Assembly (NCBI GenBank): GCA_002633005.1
Contig: NMRA01000182.1
Span: 443,077 to 507,076 of the forward strand
Source of the DNA: Phoronis australis
Taxonomy: Eukaryota > Animalia > Phoronida
Length of the DNA stretch: 64,000 nt
Direction of reading: 5' to 3'
In this document: piece by piece, positions 10,911-24,445 of the stretch
Layout of the letters: every line of letters starts with the position of its first letter
Numbering within the stretch: the first letter of the stretch is position 1
Program-made: the position numbers and the translations under genes
The notes under the pieces: generated by a model
Database searches by the model: none
What the model saw: the letters and a program-made list of their open reading frames with translations, nothing else
Told to the model about the DNA's origin: nothing

Positions 10911-12865
10911 TGTTGGATCGTAAAACAATTGGCTCATGATAGATCAACTTTAGTAGCCGGCACGCCTACTCAGGACCGTTTGGAAACATCATTAATTATT
11001 GTGTTTAGGAGTGGTGACAAAATGGGAGACTTATCAGCAGCAAACAGAGAGTTTATACTTAAGTGACATGTTAAAAAAGTAATTGAAAATTTTCAAATAT
11101 AATAAACAAGAATGCAGTCAGAATGGTCAACATTTTGGCCTACCCTATTGCAGTACTGTGCAGTTACTGGGCACAGTTAGGACCATTCTTACACCACTTT
11201 GGTACTGTTGGTAATTTCACTGTGTATAATGAAGTTATTGGTAACATAGCGTGAGAATACTTTCTGCCAGTTTTCAACGACAATTTTATTTATTCTGCTT
11301 GTTTCAAAACTGCCATTTATTCATTATTTATTCTTCTGATCATTTATTTATAGCATGAAGGAGTTTAAAAACTGGAAGGTTAACCCTTTTGACCTAGGGG
11401 ATTGAGTATAGTATTTAGATCTGCCAAAAGATGGCATTGTTATTGTTTCATTTATATGTTAGTCCCGTTTTCGTTTTTCAAATTGTAGTGGTGTCGATCT
11501 TCAAGCGATTTTGTTAAGGTTTTGATTTCTTGGACATGTTGCATTAAAAACTTCCTCTTTATTATTTTCGTTTGGTGTTATGTAAGCTTCAAAGTCGTGA
11601 TATATTACAGTCTTTACTTGTCTTGCATTTTCTAAGCCTGTCACTAGTTAATACCATTACGTTAATGTGTTCAGACTTGTAAACCCATTGAGATTTAAAC
11701 GTCAATTTACTTTGTGACCCGTGGGTATGCCTTACTGCTATATTTAACAGTGCTATGTTAAGTGGAACTGTTGTTCTGAAATCTGCCAGTTTTGGGGCTA
11801 ATATTAGCTCTCTGTTGTAGCGCTGGTGGTTTCACAAATGGTGCGTAACGTTGGAGTGAGGACTTGGGGTGGCTGAAAATAGCTCCCTGCAAATGGTTTG
11901 CATATTGATGTGTTTTAAATGGTCGAGCAGCGTGCATATATGACAGACATGTAGATTCGGATTGCATGGACAGTAAAAAATGGTCCCTTTGTAATGGGTT
12001 ATGTTTCTGGGTTTGAATTGCTTTTTAAAAATGACTGACATGGAGAATAATGCAGTACTATTCAGAAATAAGAAGTATATGCATACATACTATCCAACTT
12101 AACTGTAATAAAACTTCTGGAAATCCTAATCATCTTCTGTAAAATATTGAAAATTATAGCTTTATTTAATTTTTATTTTGACCGGTGAAAACAAATTATC
12201 ATTGTTCCTGAAAACTTGGGTTGTGCATGTGTGTGTGTTAATTTGAAGCAAATGGAGGATGTATTGGATCTTTAAAAATATGTTTTATAGTGGTGGAGAT
12301 ATTTTCACCTGGAAAGTTTCTCTGAAAAAAAAGGTTTTCAAAGTTTTGTTTTTTGATTAGTATCATGTGTTGAACAGCCCAGTGATAGAACTGTACAGGA
12401 GCATGTGTAATAAACCATTGGCTTGTTACAAACATAGTAGGAGGATTACTGACATTTATTTTGGACTTCAGTACTTTGCGCCAGAAATTCGTTGTGCAAT
12501 ATAATAAGCAGAGAAAGTCAGATTGCAAGTACAGAAGGTTGGCTGGAACACAAGATTGCACATTCGAGGTTTGTTTATTAGCATTGGACATTATTGTTTT
12601 TGTTGCATGAAAATTCTTCAACCCATTAATGATTGTTTTTGGTTGGTGATTTTTGAAATGTCACTTTGATTCTAATGACCATCTTAATTTGCAAGTTTAG
12701 AACCAGTGCTGTGTCATTGAAGTTTGAAAATTGTATATTGCTGTAAATATTTACTTTAATCTTGTTAAGGTTTGTGGATGACATTTAATGATAGGATTGA
12801 CTTGTGATTTAAATTATATTTTACTTGTAGTTATATTTATCCTATTATGTGCAATATCGCTTGAA

Positions 12866-12871
12866 AATAAA
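12866..12871 (+). terminator. Candidate ARFGEF3 polyadenylation signal (AATAAA) ending a roughly 2.1 kb T-rich 3' UTR
   Basis: AATAAA followed by TG-rich sequence (tctgtttgc...ttttgtgt), where the T-skew ends. Other AATAAA hexamers occur earlier (e.g. 11101). Confidence 0.45.
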
Positions 12872-15800
12872 AGTAGCTAACTGTAAATCTGTTTGCTACA
12901 TTTTGTGTAAATAGTCGGTGGGCCAGATCTCATAGCGTTCATCCTTGTGAGTACTTTGGGGGGGCAACCTAGTTTTTTCTATGTGCCTAGATAATATACC
13001 TAAAAATCAAATTCCAAAAAGTTCCCACGTCTACACTAGCACATTTTTTTAAAAAAAGGTGTTTTTGTTGCACAAAATATGATGCACATTCCTGCCACTT
13101 GATGGCGCTATTCTATTGAATTGACCAATCAGAGAGCCAGATTGTATTGTTGTGGTTAGTTACTTCAATATGGCTGCTCCCATGGAGTGTGATGCCTGTA
13201 TAATTCAAGGTTTATCAAACAGCACAAAATTGTGATGTCAGAGTCTAAAGAAGCTTAGGAAAGCTTCCTGACGAAAGCTGATTGACTGTGGAACTCTGTA
13301 GATCAGTAGATCAAAAAGNGTGGATTTCACTGTAAAGAACGTGTTTTACACAAAACTACCCACTCAACCAGCGCTTTCTGGGCTCAAAGTTTTTGTTTAA
13401 AATAATAGTACCTGGAAACTATTACCTGTTGTCATCATAGCGTGTGTTTTTTCCGGTGTTCTGTTACGACACCTAGCATTTTTTTCTGTAATTATACTCC
13501 GAGGAAATCGGGTACTTCAAACCGGTTAGCATCGACTGGCGAGTTCTTCAGTCGTGAAACTGCTCTCGTCATGTTTCCGTAAACGGTACACTTCACACAC
13601 TGCATTGTGTATCTTATGCCTTGTTCTATTTGTATTCTCGTTAGTTGTTCAAACACAAGCTCGCTTTTTGACGTCATCGTGAATTGTAAATTGAATCGTT
13701 TGAGATAATTCTGCGATAATCTTCAGTTATGTACCCTAATTGTCAAATTACTCGCATCCTCTAGTAAACAAAGTTTTCGAGTTACGAAAGTGACATTCGA
13801 TAAATTTTACATAATTATTTTTGTTTTGTGGGGAAAGTTTTTCCATGTTTTTATGTTGGTACCACAAAAAATAAATGTAAGATGGAATTCCACAGCAGTG
13901 CTGACTGCTCGCCGGATAGCGTTAACGTGTAGTTACAACTGCATTTCACACCGTACTACTAGCTGATCAAAACACACGAAAATCGAATTCTTTCCGTCAC
14001 AGAATTCTGCTTCGTTTTAGCAACTCAGAGTCGTGGGCCATGTGTACATGTGCCGGGGTTTGCCAGTCCCAAAATATGTTCTTGTTGGCCGATCTTATGA
14101 GAATGAAAGGCTTCATTCGATTTTCATTTTAGCCAAATAAACGGCGAAGTGCGGCGATTTTCTAATTCTGTGTATAGGACGTGCTACAGTCAAAATACAC
14201 AAATTAGAATCTTCACCCAACTAGAACAGATACACATCTAGTGCAAAACAGAAATACCCATGCTCCTTTATCCGGAATTGGGCGTATGCGCTTACGTGTG
14301 AAACAACGTTATGAAATCGAGAAACAGGCTGAACACGACCCATTGCGTAGGCCGGGACTGTAGCGAAATGGAAGGTGCTGGGGTGTGTTCAAATCAACAC
14401 TAATCATTAAATGAGAGGTATTGTTTAAGGACAACAATGAATAACGCTCAAATTAAGACGTGGTAATACGCAAAAGAGAATAAGTGAGGGTAAGGCGCAT
14501 GCGCCTATATACGCAACATTTGAGTTATTTTGTTTTTGAAAAACAGTTATTACGGATGCAGGCACGTGGGCATAAGGACCGCCAATGTGATAATACTGAG
14601 TGAGATTAATCTACTGGTTTAAGATTAACAGTGTAATAATAATAATAATAGTAATGATATGATAATCAAAGTAATAGTAGTAGTGGTAGTGAAGAAAGTA
14701 ACAATAAGAGACAAAATTCGGGCAACTCCCTGCTTCATACTTTTTAGCACTTTCTTTGGGATACAGTTGGCTTTGGCATTTTGGTGACAATGATGAAGAC
14801 TCGACAAATGTGATTCAAATAAGTAAAAGTTGCCAACGTTTCTGTGTTTGTTGCTGCCCTTAATTCCAAGCGCCAGTTCTATAATAAAAATGCGCTAGTC
14901 AATAATTGTGCAACTCGCGTTCCTCGTCGATGAACGATTTACACAAAAAGCTTATGACAGTGAAAAATTGTGCATAACATTAATTATTTCCTTTCGACAG
15001 AAGAGTGAGCAGCAAATCGGCTTGCGGCGGTCCCATTCAGTAGCACAGCTGTTTCTTTCGCTTAGTTTTTGGGACAGTATTTGCTTCAAGAACATTGATC
15101 AACGTGTTATACTCACGTCATCTGGACTGTTTTATTTTTTGTCAGATTTATTATTTTATTCTCGGCAGTGATTTTTAGCTTTTATGTAGCAAAGATTTCC
15201 TATCAGAAACGCAGCGTGTCGGGACGACGCAAACACTTCTAATGTTGTTCATTGAGTCACGTTTACGTGTTTATGTAGATGTCAGCCGGTGATACGTGCA
15301 GATAGGAACGCGCATGACACCCACTGATCAACAACCGTAAACACCCCTTCTGTTACCCTGCACGACCAATATCATTTCTGTTTATTATCAATGCTCCTTT
15401 TTACTTCGTCTAAGTACGAAGAAAGCGCAATATTCTTGGTACTATAGAAATTAACTTCATTCTTTATTTGTGCTTCGGCATTTTGCTAATTGCTGACATG
15501 GGTTAATCGAAGCGAAAACGACGGTTTTCTCTCAATGTTTAATAATTTTCTTCCACGTGGTTGACGTCACCAGTGCTGAGCACTACTTTCCGTAATACAG
15601 GCCTCAACACATTCTCATCTCATGCACACAAGGAGCCAAGAAATGTTTACTGTTCACGAGCGAAAAGAGGTACCGAACCCCACCTCTAAGCGGCATTATA
15701 CTCCTACGAATCTTAACAAAAGCCTAAATTAAATGGATTTCTACTACCTACTAATCACTCAATAATTTTGCACCTAGTTTTCATTGTTATTATCTGTTCA

Positions 15801-18023
15801 CGATTTTAAATTAAAAAACCCTACTTTCCTGCTTAAAAGTTACCGCTTTTTCTTCCAGCTGAACTATTTCCAATGACTAATTTGTTTAATAAACCTTCTT
15901 ACTATCAACACCGGCGTCGATAACTAGAAACGGTGATTACTCGCTGCCGGATTGACAAGTTAATATGCGTATCACAAACGGCGGAAAGGACTGTGGTTTG
16001 CAAACAATACTTTGCAAGACCTATAGGTGCCAATGTGCGATTACTTCGAACTGTTGATAATGAGATGAGTAACGAACGTGACGAACTGGTGTCAATAAGA
16101 AAGCGTGTCAGCAATCGAGAGCTGTCACCATTGGAGTCACCAAAATATGTAAAATGGACCTCAAATTGTTATCATTATACTAAATTCATTTATGAATGAA
16201 GTAAAACATTTTGAATGGAAATTCTTAATAAAACGTGACACTTCAACAACGATTAGGCCTATTTATTTTTGGTCGGCTTTAGATTATATTGATAGACACG
16301 AGGCCTAAGGTTTTATTTGTGTTGCAGTTCAAACGTTTCAAACGACGAGTTTTGTAGTTTCATCGATTTATCACAATGTGAGTTGAATACGATTTTCTCT
16401 GTTTTTAGTTATCAGGAGAAGCGAGAAAAGGGAAACGTCGTCCTAATGAACTTTCGTGTATCATTGTTTAAAGCCAAACTTTTGTACTTGATTGCAAATT
16501 TCACGGATTTGCTTGAATGCTTCTTATTATTACATTCCCGTCGTACAATCAATATTTGCAGGCTACAATTGTTTATCGCATGACGTATAATTCTGATCAC
16601 CATCTACACCGGGAAATCTAGTGTTAAATCAAACAGATGCGACATTGTAGAAATCTGATCAGCTGGGATTTACATAACTGCTACCATCCTGCTATACAAA
16701 TATAATTCATTAATTATGCCTCTATTTTGCGATGGTGACCGCGGTACGTTGAGGTTAATCAGGGTTTCTTAGTAATTTCTTGTACAATTACGTTGTTTAT
16801 TTTTAAATGAAGTTAAACGACGCATGTCAATGACAACCGAATCTGTATTGCCTATAAAGTCAACGAACTGTTTCAATGTCAAAGGTCAGTCGGTGCGCGA
16901 TAGTTGAAAAAACATGTTTTCGTAGCGTCGTTAAGAATATTTGTATTAGATTTAAGAATGTGGTATTTTGGATTTCCGCTATTTTATCAATTTCATGTTC
17001 ATGTTTTGCACCTGAGCGAACAGTTTATTAATTCATTTCCTTCGTTGTATCACGATGCAGCTGACGAGTCCTTCACCACGCGCTTGGTCAAATGCAATCT
17101 GGGGCGATCTGCTAATTCAAAAAACTTGTGCTTTTCAATCTAATGTCTTGGATTGTGGTCAAACCTCAGTTTCAGTAATTCGCTTTAATTTCATCAAAAG
17201 TACACCTTTTTCATATGCCATATGTAACACCCCCAGTTTGTTCGTGCGCTGATATCTGACTTCGTGATTTGCTGTGGTTCTGCGGTATGATGGACTACAT
17301 GTAATCAATCGTTGGCAACATTTATGAGGTCAAAACACTTAGTTTAAGTTGCTCTTGCTCCTCGAGTACATCATTCTAAACTCCAGAACTCTGTGCATCG
17401 GCGCGTAAACTCGCCCTAGTCTGTGAAGGAATAGGTTTTTGAAACACTGACCTAAACTGACCACAGAAGAAAATGTATGTCTGCTTCTTGTGCGCACACG
17501 CACTGTTTTGGGAACCCAACAACCAGGCAGAAAACAAGAAGTCTTTCAAAGCACCATCCAGCAAGAATCGAGTTGAGATTTTTATTTGTTTTTAAAATCA
17601 TGCGCAAAAAGCAACTTCCTAGTGGGCCATTCTTAAATTTTCTGATTCTAAAGTACAATAGCTTTATAGATATATAACAAAACGTTGGCACATTCAGTTA
17701 TTTTAAAAGCACCCAAGAACGAACTGGACTTAGTTGCTGCAAATTATGCTTGTTTCAAGTTGTACTTTCTTGCAGTGAAAAGAGCCAGTTGTTGTCTGTT
17801 TCCCTCGAGTGTTGAGAGTGTGCCTAGCTCCCCGGCTCACCAACAACATAGCACGCGGAGTAAGCTCACATCTGGGTAATTGCGGTTCCTGGTACGGCTG
17901 GCTGCCCGAGGGCCAAACCATCTGTACCAGACGGTCACGTGGAGTTAAAACGCAGAAGACCATTCTGGGCTTTGGCTGGGGGTTTGCTTTGCAAACTGTT
18001 CAATCCAACTATTTCGGCTACGA

Positions 18024-18335
18024 CGCGGAAGCATCGACTGGTTTTATGAAAACTCAAAGTATATTTGCTCAAGTTCGAGCAATTTTTCTATTCGCCCTCT
18101 AGATGCATTTCTCCGGTGTCTTCCTGTCAATGTTGAATTCGTAACTGAACCACTTAGGGATTTAAAGGGATTATCGCACTTATTCGACCCTGAAATTGTT
18201 GACAAACGAGCATACAACTCAAGTTGCAAGCAATGCATGTATGCGCTATTTTCTATTTGACACTTACTTTTATCGCAGATGGTTTTGATGTTCTTGATCA
18301 CAAAAATCAAATTCTATCAAAAGTAAGGCATATGG
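18024..18335. repeat. Diverged direct duplication, copy 1 (copy 2 at about 19711-20023)
   Basis: Shared blocks: gaagcatcgac/gaagcctcgac, tgtcaatgt.gaattc.taactgaa, acaactcaag, gatggttt.gatgttcttg, ctatca...gtaagg.atat. Confidence 0.75.
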
Positions 18336-19710
18336 TAAGGAAACGTTCCATCTAAAGGTTAGTGTCCACCACTGTATGATAACATCCATGCAGTTCGTGT
18401 TTGCATGTTCCTTGTCATCATTTGTGCTGCGTTATATTTTGTCAACTTTCGTGGATTTTTTTAATAAATATCCATATACCGTATGCAATCATATTCTATG
18501 TTTCCCATTGGTATCCGAAACGTGTCGTTGAACGTATTATTCATACTCTAAAGTGCCAGTTGTTTAGGACGACTTCAAGTCTTAAAATAATGCTATAGTC
18601 TCGGCATTAAACCTGTGCTTCTGCTTAAAATCAAGTGTTGATTTAGGCAACTTACCGTTACCAACGGCGTGACCTGAATTTTTTCAAAGTCCTGAAATCA
18701 CTTCCAATTTGATTTAGGAACAATTTGAGACTATTTTAATAACTTGGAATTCGGTGATGGAAGGTGGATTTATTGCCGCCTAAAAATATATTTCATTCTG
18801 TCAAGACAAATCGTTTGATGACCATTCATTGCCATAAAATTAGTCAACTTGTTTCTTCTTCAGATGTAAAATGATTGTAAGCGGTCAAAATCAGCTTATT
18901 ATAAATATTGAATATTTGTGTTGTCCACTGTATTAGTGTATACAAGCAGTTTACAAACTATAGATTTTGAGACTGGTCTGTGTATTTACTCAAATATCTA
19001 TAAAACTATGGGTTTTAACTCGATAAAATTATGTATTTTCTGAAAGAAGAAAGTCTGTACGAAATGTTCTTCACTTTATGCAAATCTCCCATTACTTAAT
19101 AGATAACGTAATCATATCTTTTTATAAAAATTTATCAAAAAAGTTACATTCATAGCAAAACAAGGGTATCGGTAACTTGACCAGATTTCGTTTGATAGAA
19201 ATGTTCAACATGAAATGTTCAAACATGAAATTCCCAAAACGCCTTACTATTTTCTTAATTGCCGTTCAGTTTTAGTTTTACGGAAATTTAGATTTTTTGC
19301 ATAGAAGCATTGAAGTCCAATTTTTCGATAGTCCCTAATGCAAAAGTGGAACATTTGTAAAAAAATCCAACAAGAGTTGGAGAACAATGCATAAAACATG
19401 ATATCGGAAAGTTTCGTATGAATCCGATCAGAAATTTCTGAGGTATGATGATCCGAAGTTTGACACAGATTTGGCCATTTATCTAGGGTCCCAGTAGTAC
19501 GTGGTAGTGGTCACGTGGTTGTAGTCGTAGCGGGGGGTGATGGTGGTAGTGGTATTCATTCACCGATTTAAAAATATTCTCACGATAATCCGACAAAGTT
19601 CCGCAAATAAATTGGAAAAGCACGTTCCGTGGACAATAAGCACACATGATCACAATAAAACTTCAGCAGCTTGCGGTAAGTAACTTTAAGTTTAGTGCAA
19701 TTGTATGGAA

Positions 19711-20023
19711 GTGAAGCCTCGACAGAAAATACTGAGGATTTCCCTGTGAATTTTACTTGTTGAATTTCGCCGATGTTTCAGTTGTCAATGTCGAATTCTT
19801 AACTGAAGATTAAAAAGATTACCACGCTTAACCGATATAGTTTTCGTTGTAGCCGAATGAGACGACAACTCAAGCTACAGGCAATGCGTGAATCCGCCTT
19901 TTTCGCATCTCCAACTTTACGGTTGGTCAACCTCAATAAACTCTAAAGCATTTTCTCGAGTCTATGATGGTTTAGATGTTCTTGCTGGTGATAGAAATAA
20001 AATCCTATCACGGTAAGGTATAT
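19711..20023. repeat. Diverged direct duplication, copy 2
   Basis: Collinear with 18024-18335. Confidence 0.75.
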
Positions 20024-20244
20024 TACTGCAGCAAAATTTCACTAAAGTAAAAGACTTAATTTGATTTTCGTTCTTAGCTTGCTATACAGGGCTAATAAAG
20101 CTTTAACACTTATGTCCTTTAAACGTGCAGTAGAAATAAGGACAATATCTGGCTGTTTCTGTGTCATGCCTGAAAGAAAAAAATAAACTGAAACAAGAGT
20201 GGGACTAGAAAAATAAAACAATATGAAAATAGTTTCGAAGAAAC

Positions 20245-20250
20245 TTTAAT
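20245..20250 (-). terminator. Candidate Runx polyadenylation signal (ATTAAA) ending a roughly 2.55 kb 3' UTR
   Basis: The minus strand is T-rich from 22801 down to about 20200. ATTAAA is followed by a T/GT-rich downstream element. Confidence 0.45.
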
Positions 20251-21807
20251 TCTGTGAGCACAAATTACACATATCATCAACTTACAAGGTTTTTAAGTTA
20301 AAAGCAAATATAATTTACAACAGAAATCTTTTCTCTAACCAATATCTTGCTGTTTATAATAATTCAGAGACAAAAGTCAGAACGAAATCTCACAAATAGC
20401 CAATTTCTCTCATGCCACTACCCTAAAGTCAGCAAACCAATAATTGACTCGGAAACTTGGAATGAATTAAAAATTTGCTGCAGCGTAGCTAAACAACTTC
20501 ACATTATATACATATTTGTTGCAATCAGAGCAACAAAATAGAGGTCCTTGCGTGGTTGCTGAGAAATATGCCAACATCATGTATAATAGCACATCACTAG
20601 GTGCTCCAACAGCTGCCTAAGTTAAATATTTAACCTAAAACGCCCCTTGTCACAGAATGGATGTGACAAGTGGAGCCTAGGATAGTGGGGAAATAGAGAA
20701 ACAGGGAAATAAATAGGCTTACACATTTCTAATGACTACCATAGCACTTTGGGATAGTTACAAAAATCGCCTCACAACTATGACTAGGTTTTTCACGTTT
20801 AATGTCAGCGAGGACTGTTAATATAAAAATAGCTCCCTATGGGCACTCGTTTCAAAAACGAGACAAAAATTACCTAAAATGGATCAAGAGAATTAAAAAC
20901 AGACTACCCTGTGCTAGGATGGCACAGACTAGGTGTCATGTGGTGTATCTCACAATAAAACATGCGACAACTAATGTCCTTGTGTTCAAAAAACAAATCT
21001 CAAAGAAACAATACTCCAATCAAACATTACACCCCCTCAACACAGATGTTAGCTCTCATGCGAGTCCCGTGAGTGGGGAACAATCTCATAACAAGTGGAT
21101 CATGCATTCAAAACCATCAGCAAAATTACCAGACAAAAATCGGACTAGGTAACCATCAAAGAAATCAGAAAATAAAATTCATTGGGCACCTTTGCCTCAA
21201 AAAGAGCAAAATAACCAACGCCTTGAAAACATGCGTATCAGAAAAACTCACACACATACAAACGTTTTTGCCTAAAACCTGGTCTTCTCTAAAACTACAA
21301 AGCTTTCTACCATAAATACAAAACTATGATAACTGAAAACTAACTAACAAAATGTTACTCGTTTCATCATGAAGTAACAATACCAAAGAGAAGAAGTTTA
21401 AGAGATCTTCTGATCATTAAAACCTCCTACAACTCATTACCATGGCAACTTATCTTCAGTATCCGAAGTACTATGATTTTTTGAATTGTCAGACAAAAGG
21501 CCTCACAGACACACCTAGCTGTTATGAAAAAATCATTGCATTGGTATCGCACTGCATCATAATTAACAATTCAAATCAACAAATGAAATAAAAACTTTTG
21601 TCTCAGTTTCATAACCACTTAAATTAAAAGATATGGCATCCCATCCTCAAGGGGAGTGTTTCTTGTACCGTATTCGTGTCAGAACCACATACAACAATAA
21701 CAACTATTCTCCCTGACCAGAAAAAACTCAGTGAATCAAAATTTAAAAAGTTAGAAAAACAAACGTTGAGTTTCAATGTTCCCACCCCTACAGCAATTGT
21801 CATTTAA

Positions 21808-22330
21808 AGTTATGTAGGACCCTAGGAAAATTTTCACATTTGGCCAACTTCAAAACATTATATCTGAGAAACAGATGATCAGAACCATTTGAAACTTTCA
21901 AATGTCATGCTTTATGTACAGTGCTCCAAATACAGAGTTAGGAATTGTTTTAAAATGTTTCACTTTTGCATGAGGGCAATCAAAAAAGTTCTTTTATGAT
22001 TTTCATGAAAAAATTCTGAAGTTGCATAAAACAAAAACAAACAAATGTTTTGTTTTTTTGAGATTATATCATGAGCCTGTATATCAAATATGATTTGATC
22101 ACGTTATTGATACAATTGTTTTATTATCAATGTACCTTCCTTTAAATTTCTAAAATTTAATAAAAGACATGGTCGCATGTTCCAAGTTACGCCACACCGA
22201 TAGAAAGTTAAAAATCAAATTCTACAAGCTTTCCATTCACAGAAAATATAAATGTTTACTAACTTAAAATCTATAGTTTTGTAGATATTTCTCTAATCAT
22301 GCAGACATCTAAGTAAGGTCCTACATAACC
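21808..22330. mobile_element. Kolobok-like non-autonomous DNA transposon in the Runx 3' UTR
   Basis: TTAA+AGTTATGTAGGACC at the left and GGTCCTACATAACC+TATA at the right: a 13-bp perfect TIR core, RR...YY termini and a TTAA-like target site. Confidence 0.6.
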
Positions 22331-22801
22331 TATAGAGTATCTTACAAAGGTGGGTGAACTCCATTGAATTGTTTGAATGACTACAAGTGAATAGTTATGC
22401 AAAATGTACTTTACAATGTTAAAATGTATAAACAAACCAATGGCAAGATATCAGCAATGGCTGTAAAACAAGGACAACTATCTTATTCTAAACTGTTCGC
22501 ACTCTCAAGTCACACCTAAACCTAAGCATGTACCCTGGAAATCCTTGCACCATTGTTCAACTCTTGAGATCAACATACCAAACAATGGTTGCAAAAATAC
22601 AACCGTCAAATATCAAATATTTCAGTGCAATTACAAGCTAAACCCTTAACATTCGAATATTAAATAAATAATACAAAATGTCATAAAAGTTTTTTAAGTT
22701 ACTTCTGTCTTTGTTTGGCATTAACCGCCTGTGATTAACACAAGTCCACTCACATTAAACTCTAGTGGAATGATGATTCAATATGGCAGCCATGCAGTAA
22801 C

Positions 22802-23529
22802 TCAATATGGACGCCATACTGAATTCGGATCTTGTTGGTCTTCAGGGCGATCAGCCAATCCAGGCTGCATGTTGGGTACTTGAAGTGGTGTTTGCTGGCT
22901 AACGGTACCCATCCTGGTGGTTGGTACAGGCTGGAGCTCCAGTAGATCTCCTGGCCTCTGTCCAATGGCACTCTCTGGACGCTGACCGATGCTGTCGTAC
23001 TGACGATCAGTGAGGAACAGGCTGGCTTGATACTGACCAGGCGTGGGACCAGAGTACAGGTGGGGATACAAGAACGATGACTGAATGACAGAGCCTGGTG
23101 ACAACGGGTGACTAGCTATACTGGTGTTGGCCTGTGTTGTTAAAAGTCCATGAATGGGGTAACTAGTCACATTGCGACTCTCCTCCAAGATCGCCAAATT
23201 AGCCGACGATGGTGGGTAGGCAAGCGTTGAGCTTGTGCTCACGGGAAACAACTGGCGGGAGCTATCAGCACCAGCGAATGCAGTAGAGTCGGGAAAACGT
23301 GGCTCCGGCATGCGAATGTCTGTGAGGCCGCGATATCGTGACAGTGCTAAGGATTGTGGTAAACGAGACTCGAGAGCGGGAAGCTGATTATCGGAAACAG
23401 GAATGTCCATACGTGTCGTGTCGGGCAACATGACGCGATCGCCACCAGCCAAAATGTCGCTGGCTTGAAGCGGCGTTAAACGAGATTCTGTGATTGGTGT
23501 CTGACTGGATGGTGGACTAGTTCTGGTGA
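22802..23529 (-). CDS. Runx: Runx terminal coding exon (P/S/T-rich region, VWRPY Groucho/TLE-binding motif)
   Basis: Acceptor ttctttttcag; frame of ORF 22802..23605, ending DPNSVWRPY*. The joined CDS is 388+114+189+126+728 = 1545 nt (514 aa). Confidence 0.96.
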
Positions 23530-23699
23530 CTGAAAAAGAATAGTATAAAATATAAGAAAACCAACAAACAATAAACAAACTACAAATTGGTTTTTTATAA
23601 AACAATTTTTATAACACTTCATCTTTGCTAAATGTAAACTTTTCTCAGAAAGAATAACCAAAACTACTCTCATGTTCAAGTTTTTAGTCTAAAAACTAT

Positions 23700-24180
23700 T
23701 ACAAGAAAAATAAAAATACGAAAGCGCTCTAGGGAGCAACACTTGGTGAGATAGAAAGAACATGAAAATGATAAATGACGATGATACCAGCGATTAAGAA
23801 ACATAGGCTCGTAGAGTAGATGCTACCTCAACGAAATTTCAGCAAAACATTAAGTCAATAAATGTCGAATAACTGGAAAATGGCAAGTCGATCGTAGAGA
23901 AATGGATGAGACAGCCCTTGACAAGATCTATACACATAAGTTCCAGAAAGATCCGCCAAAGGACACCCAGAACTATGGCTCAACAACTTTGCACCCAATT
24001 TCAACCCAAAATAGTAGGCCTTGCCCAAATGACTAGATGCAGGTCTTGTGTAATTTTCATATGTTGATCGAACAAGAAATGAGGCCTGTAGCATGTGAAC
24101 AAAAGGTGTCTAATGTAGTGGGCTTGACATTAGTTGCCTGCGCACTTTCGATGAAGTGCAGGCATCAGATCGCCTGCAAT
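23700..24180 (-). mobile_element. Probable HINE/Helitron-like remnant in the last Runx intron
   Basis: Hairpin tgcctgcgcactt...aagtgcaggca near 24136-24163 and an acaag (minus-strand cttgt) terminus near 23700. Boundaries are approximate. Confidence 0.35.
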
Positions 24181-24319
24181 CTTTTTTATGCGAAAAAATA
24201 AAAATCTTCACAGCAGAGCAGCATACTTGGCAATATTTTATTTCGCCAAGTAACAAAACCCAATGTGAATATTATGTAAATAGATTATAGAAAAATTGTG
24301 TGCACTCAAAAACACTCAC

Positions 24320-24445
24320 CAGGTGTCATTGCAGCATCTGGTGTGCCAAAGTCTGCCGTTTGTGGAGGTTGCAGTGATCGATGATGAAAGGGTGACTGAG
24401 AGTGACCGTAACTGCTCGCCCAGCCAGTCTGTTGGAGACCGAGGT
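24320..24445 (-). CDS. Runx: Runx coding exon 4
   Basis: Acceptor ttttcaatttctag and donor CCTG|gtgagt; 126 nt, phase 1-1; open frame DLGLQQTGWASSYGHSQSPFHHRSLQPPQTADFGTPDAAMTP. Confidence 0.8.

Noticed and set aside
16065-16148. Protein-like stretch MSNERDELVSIRKRVSNRELSPLESPKY as the first exon of the cryptic gene
   Set aside because: The only nearby donor (TAT|gtaaaa) is weak and in phase 0, which gives a stop codon in the next candidate exon.
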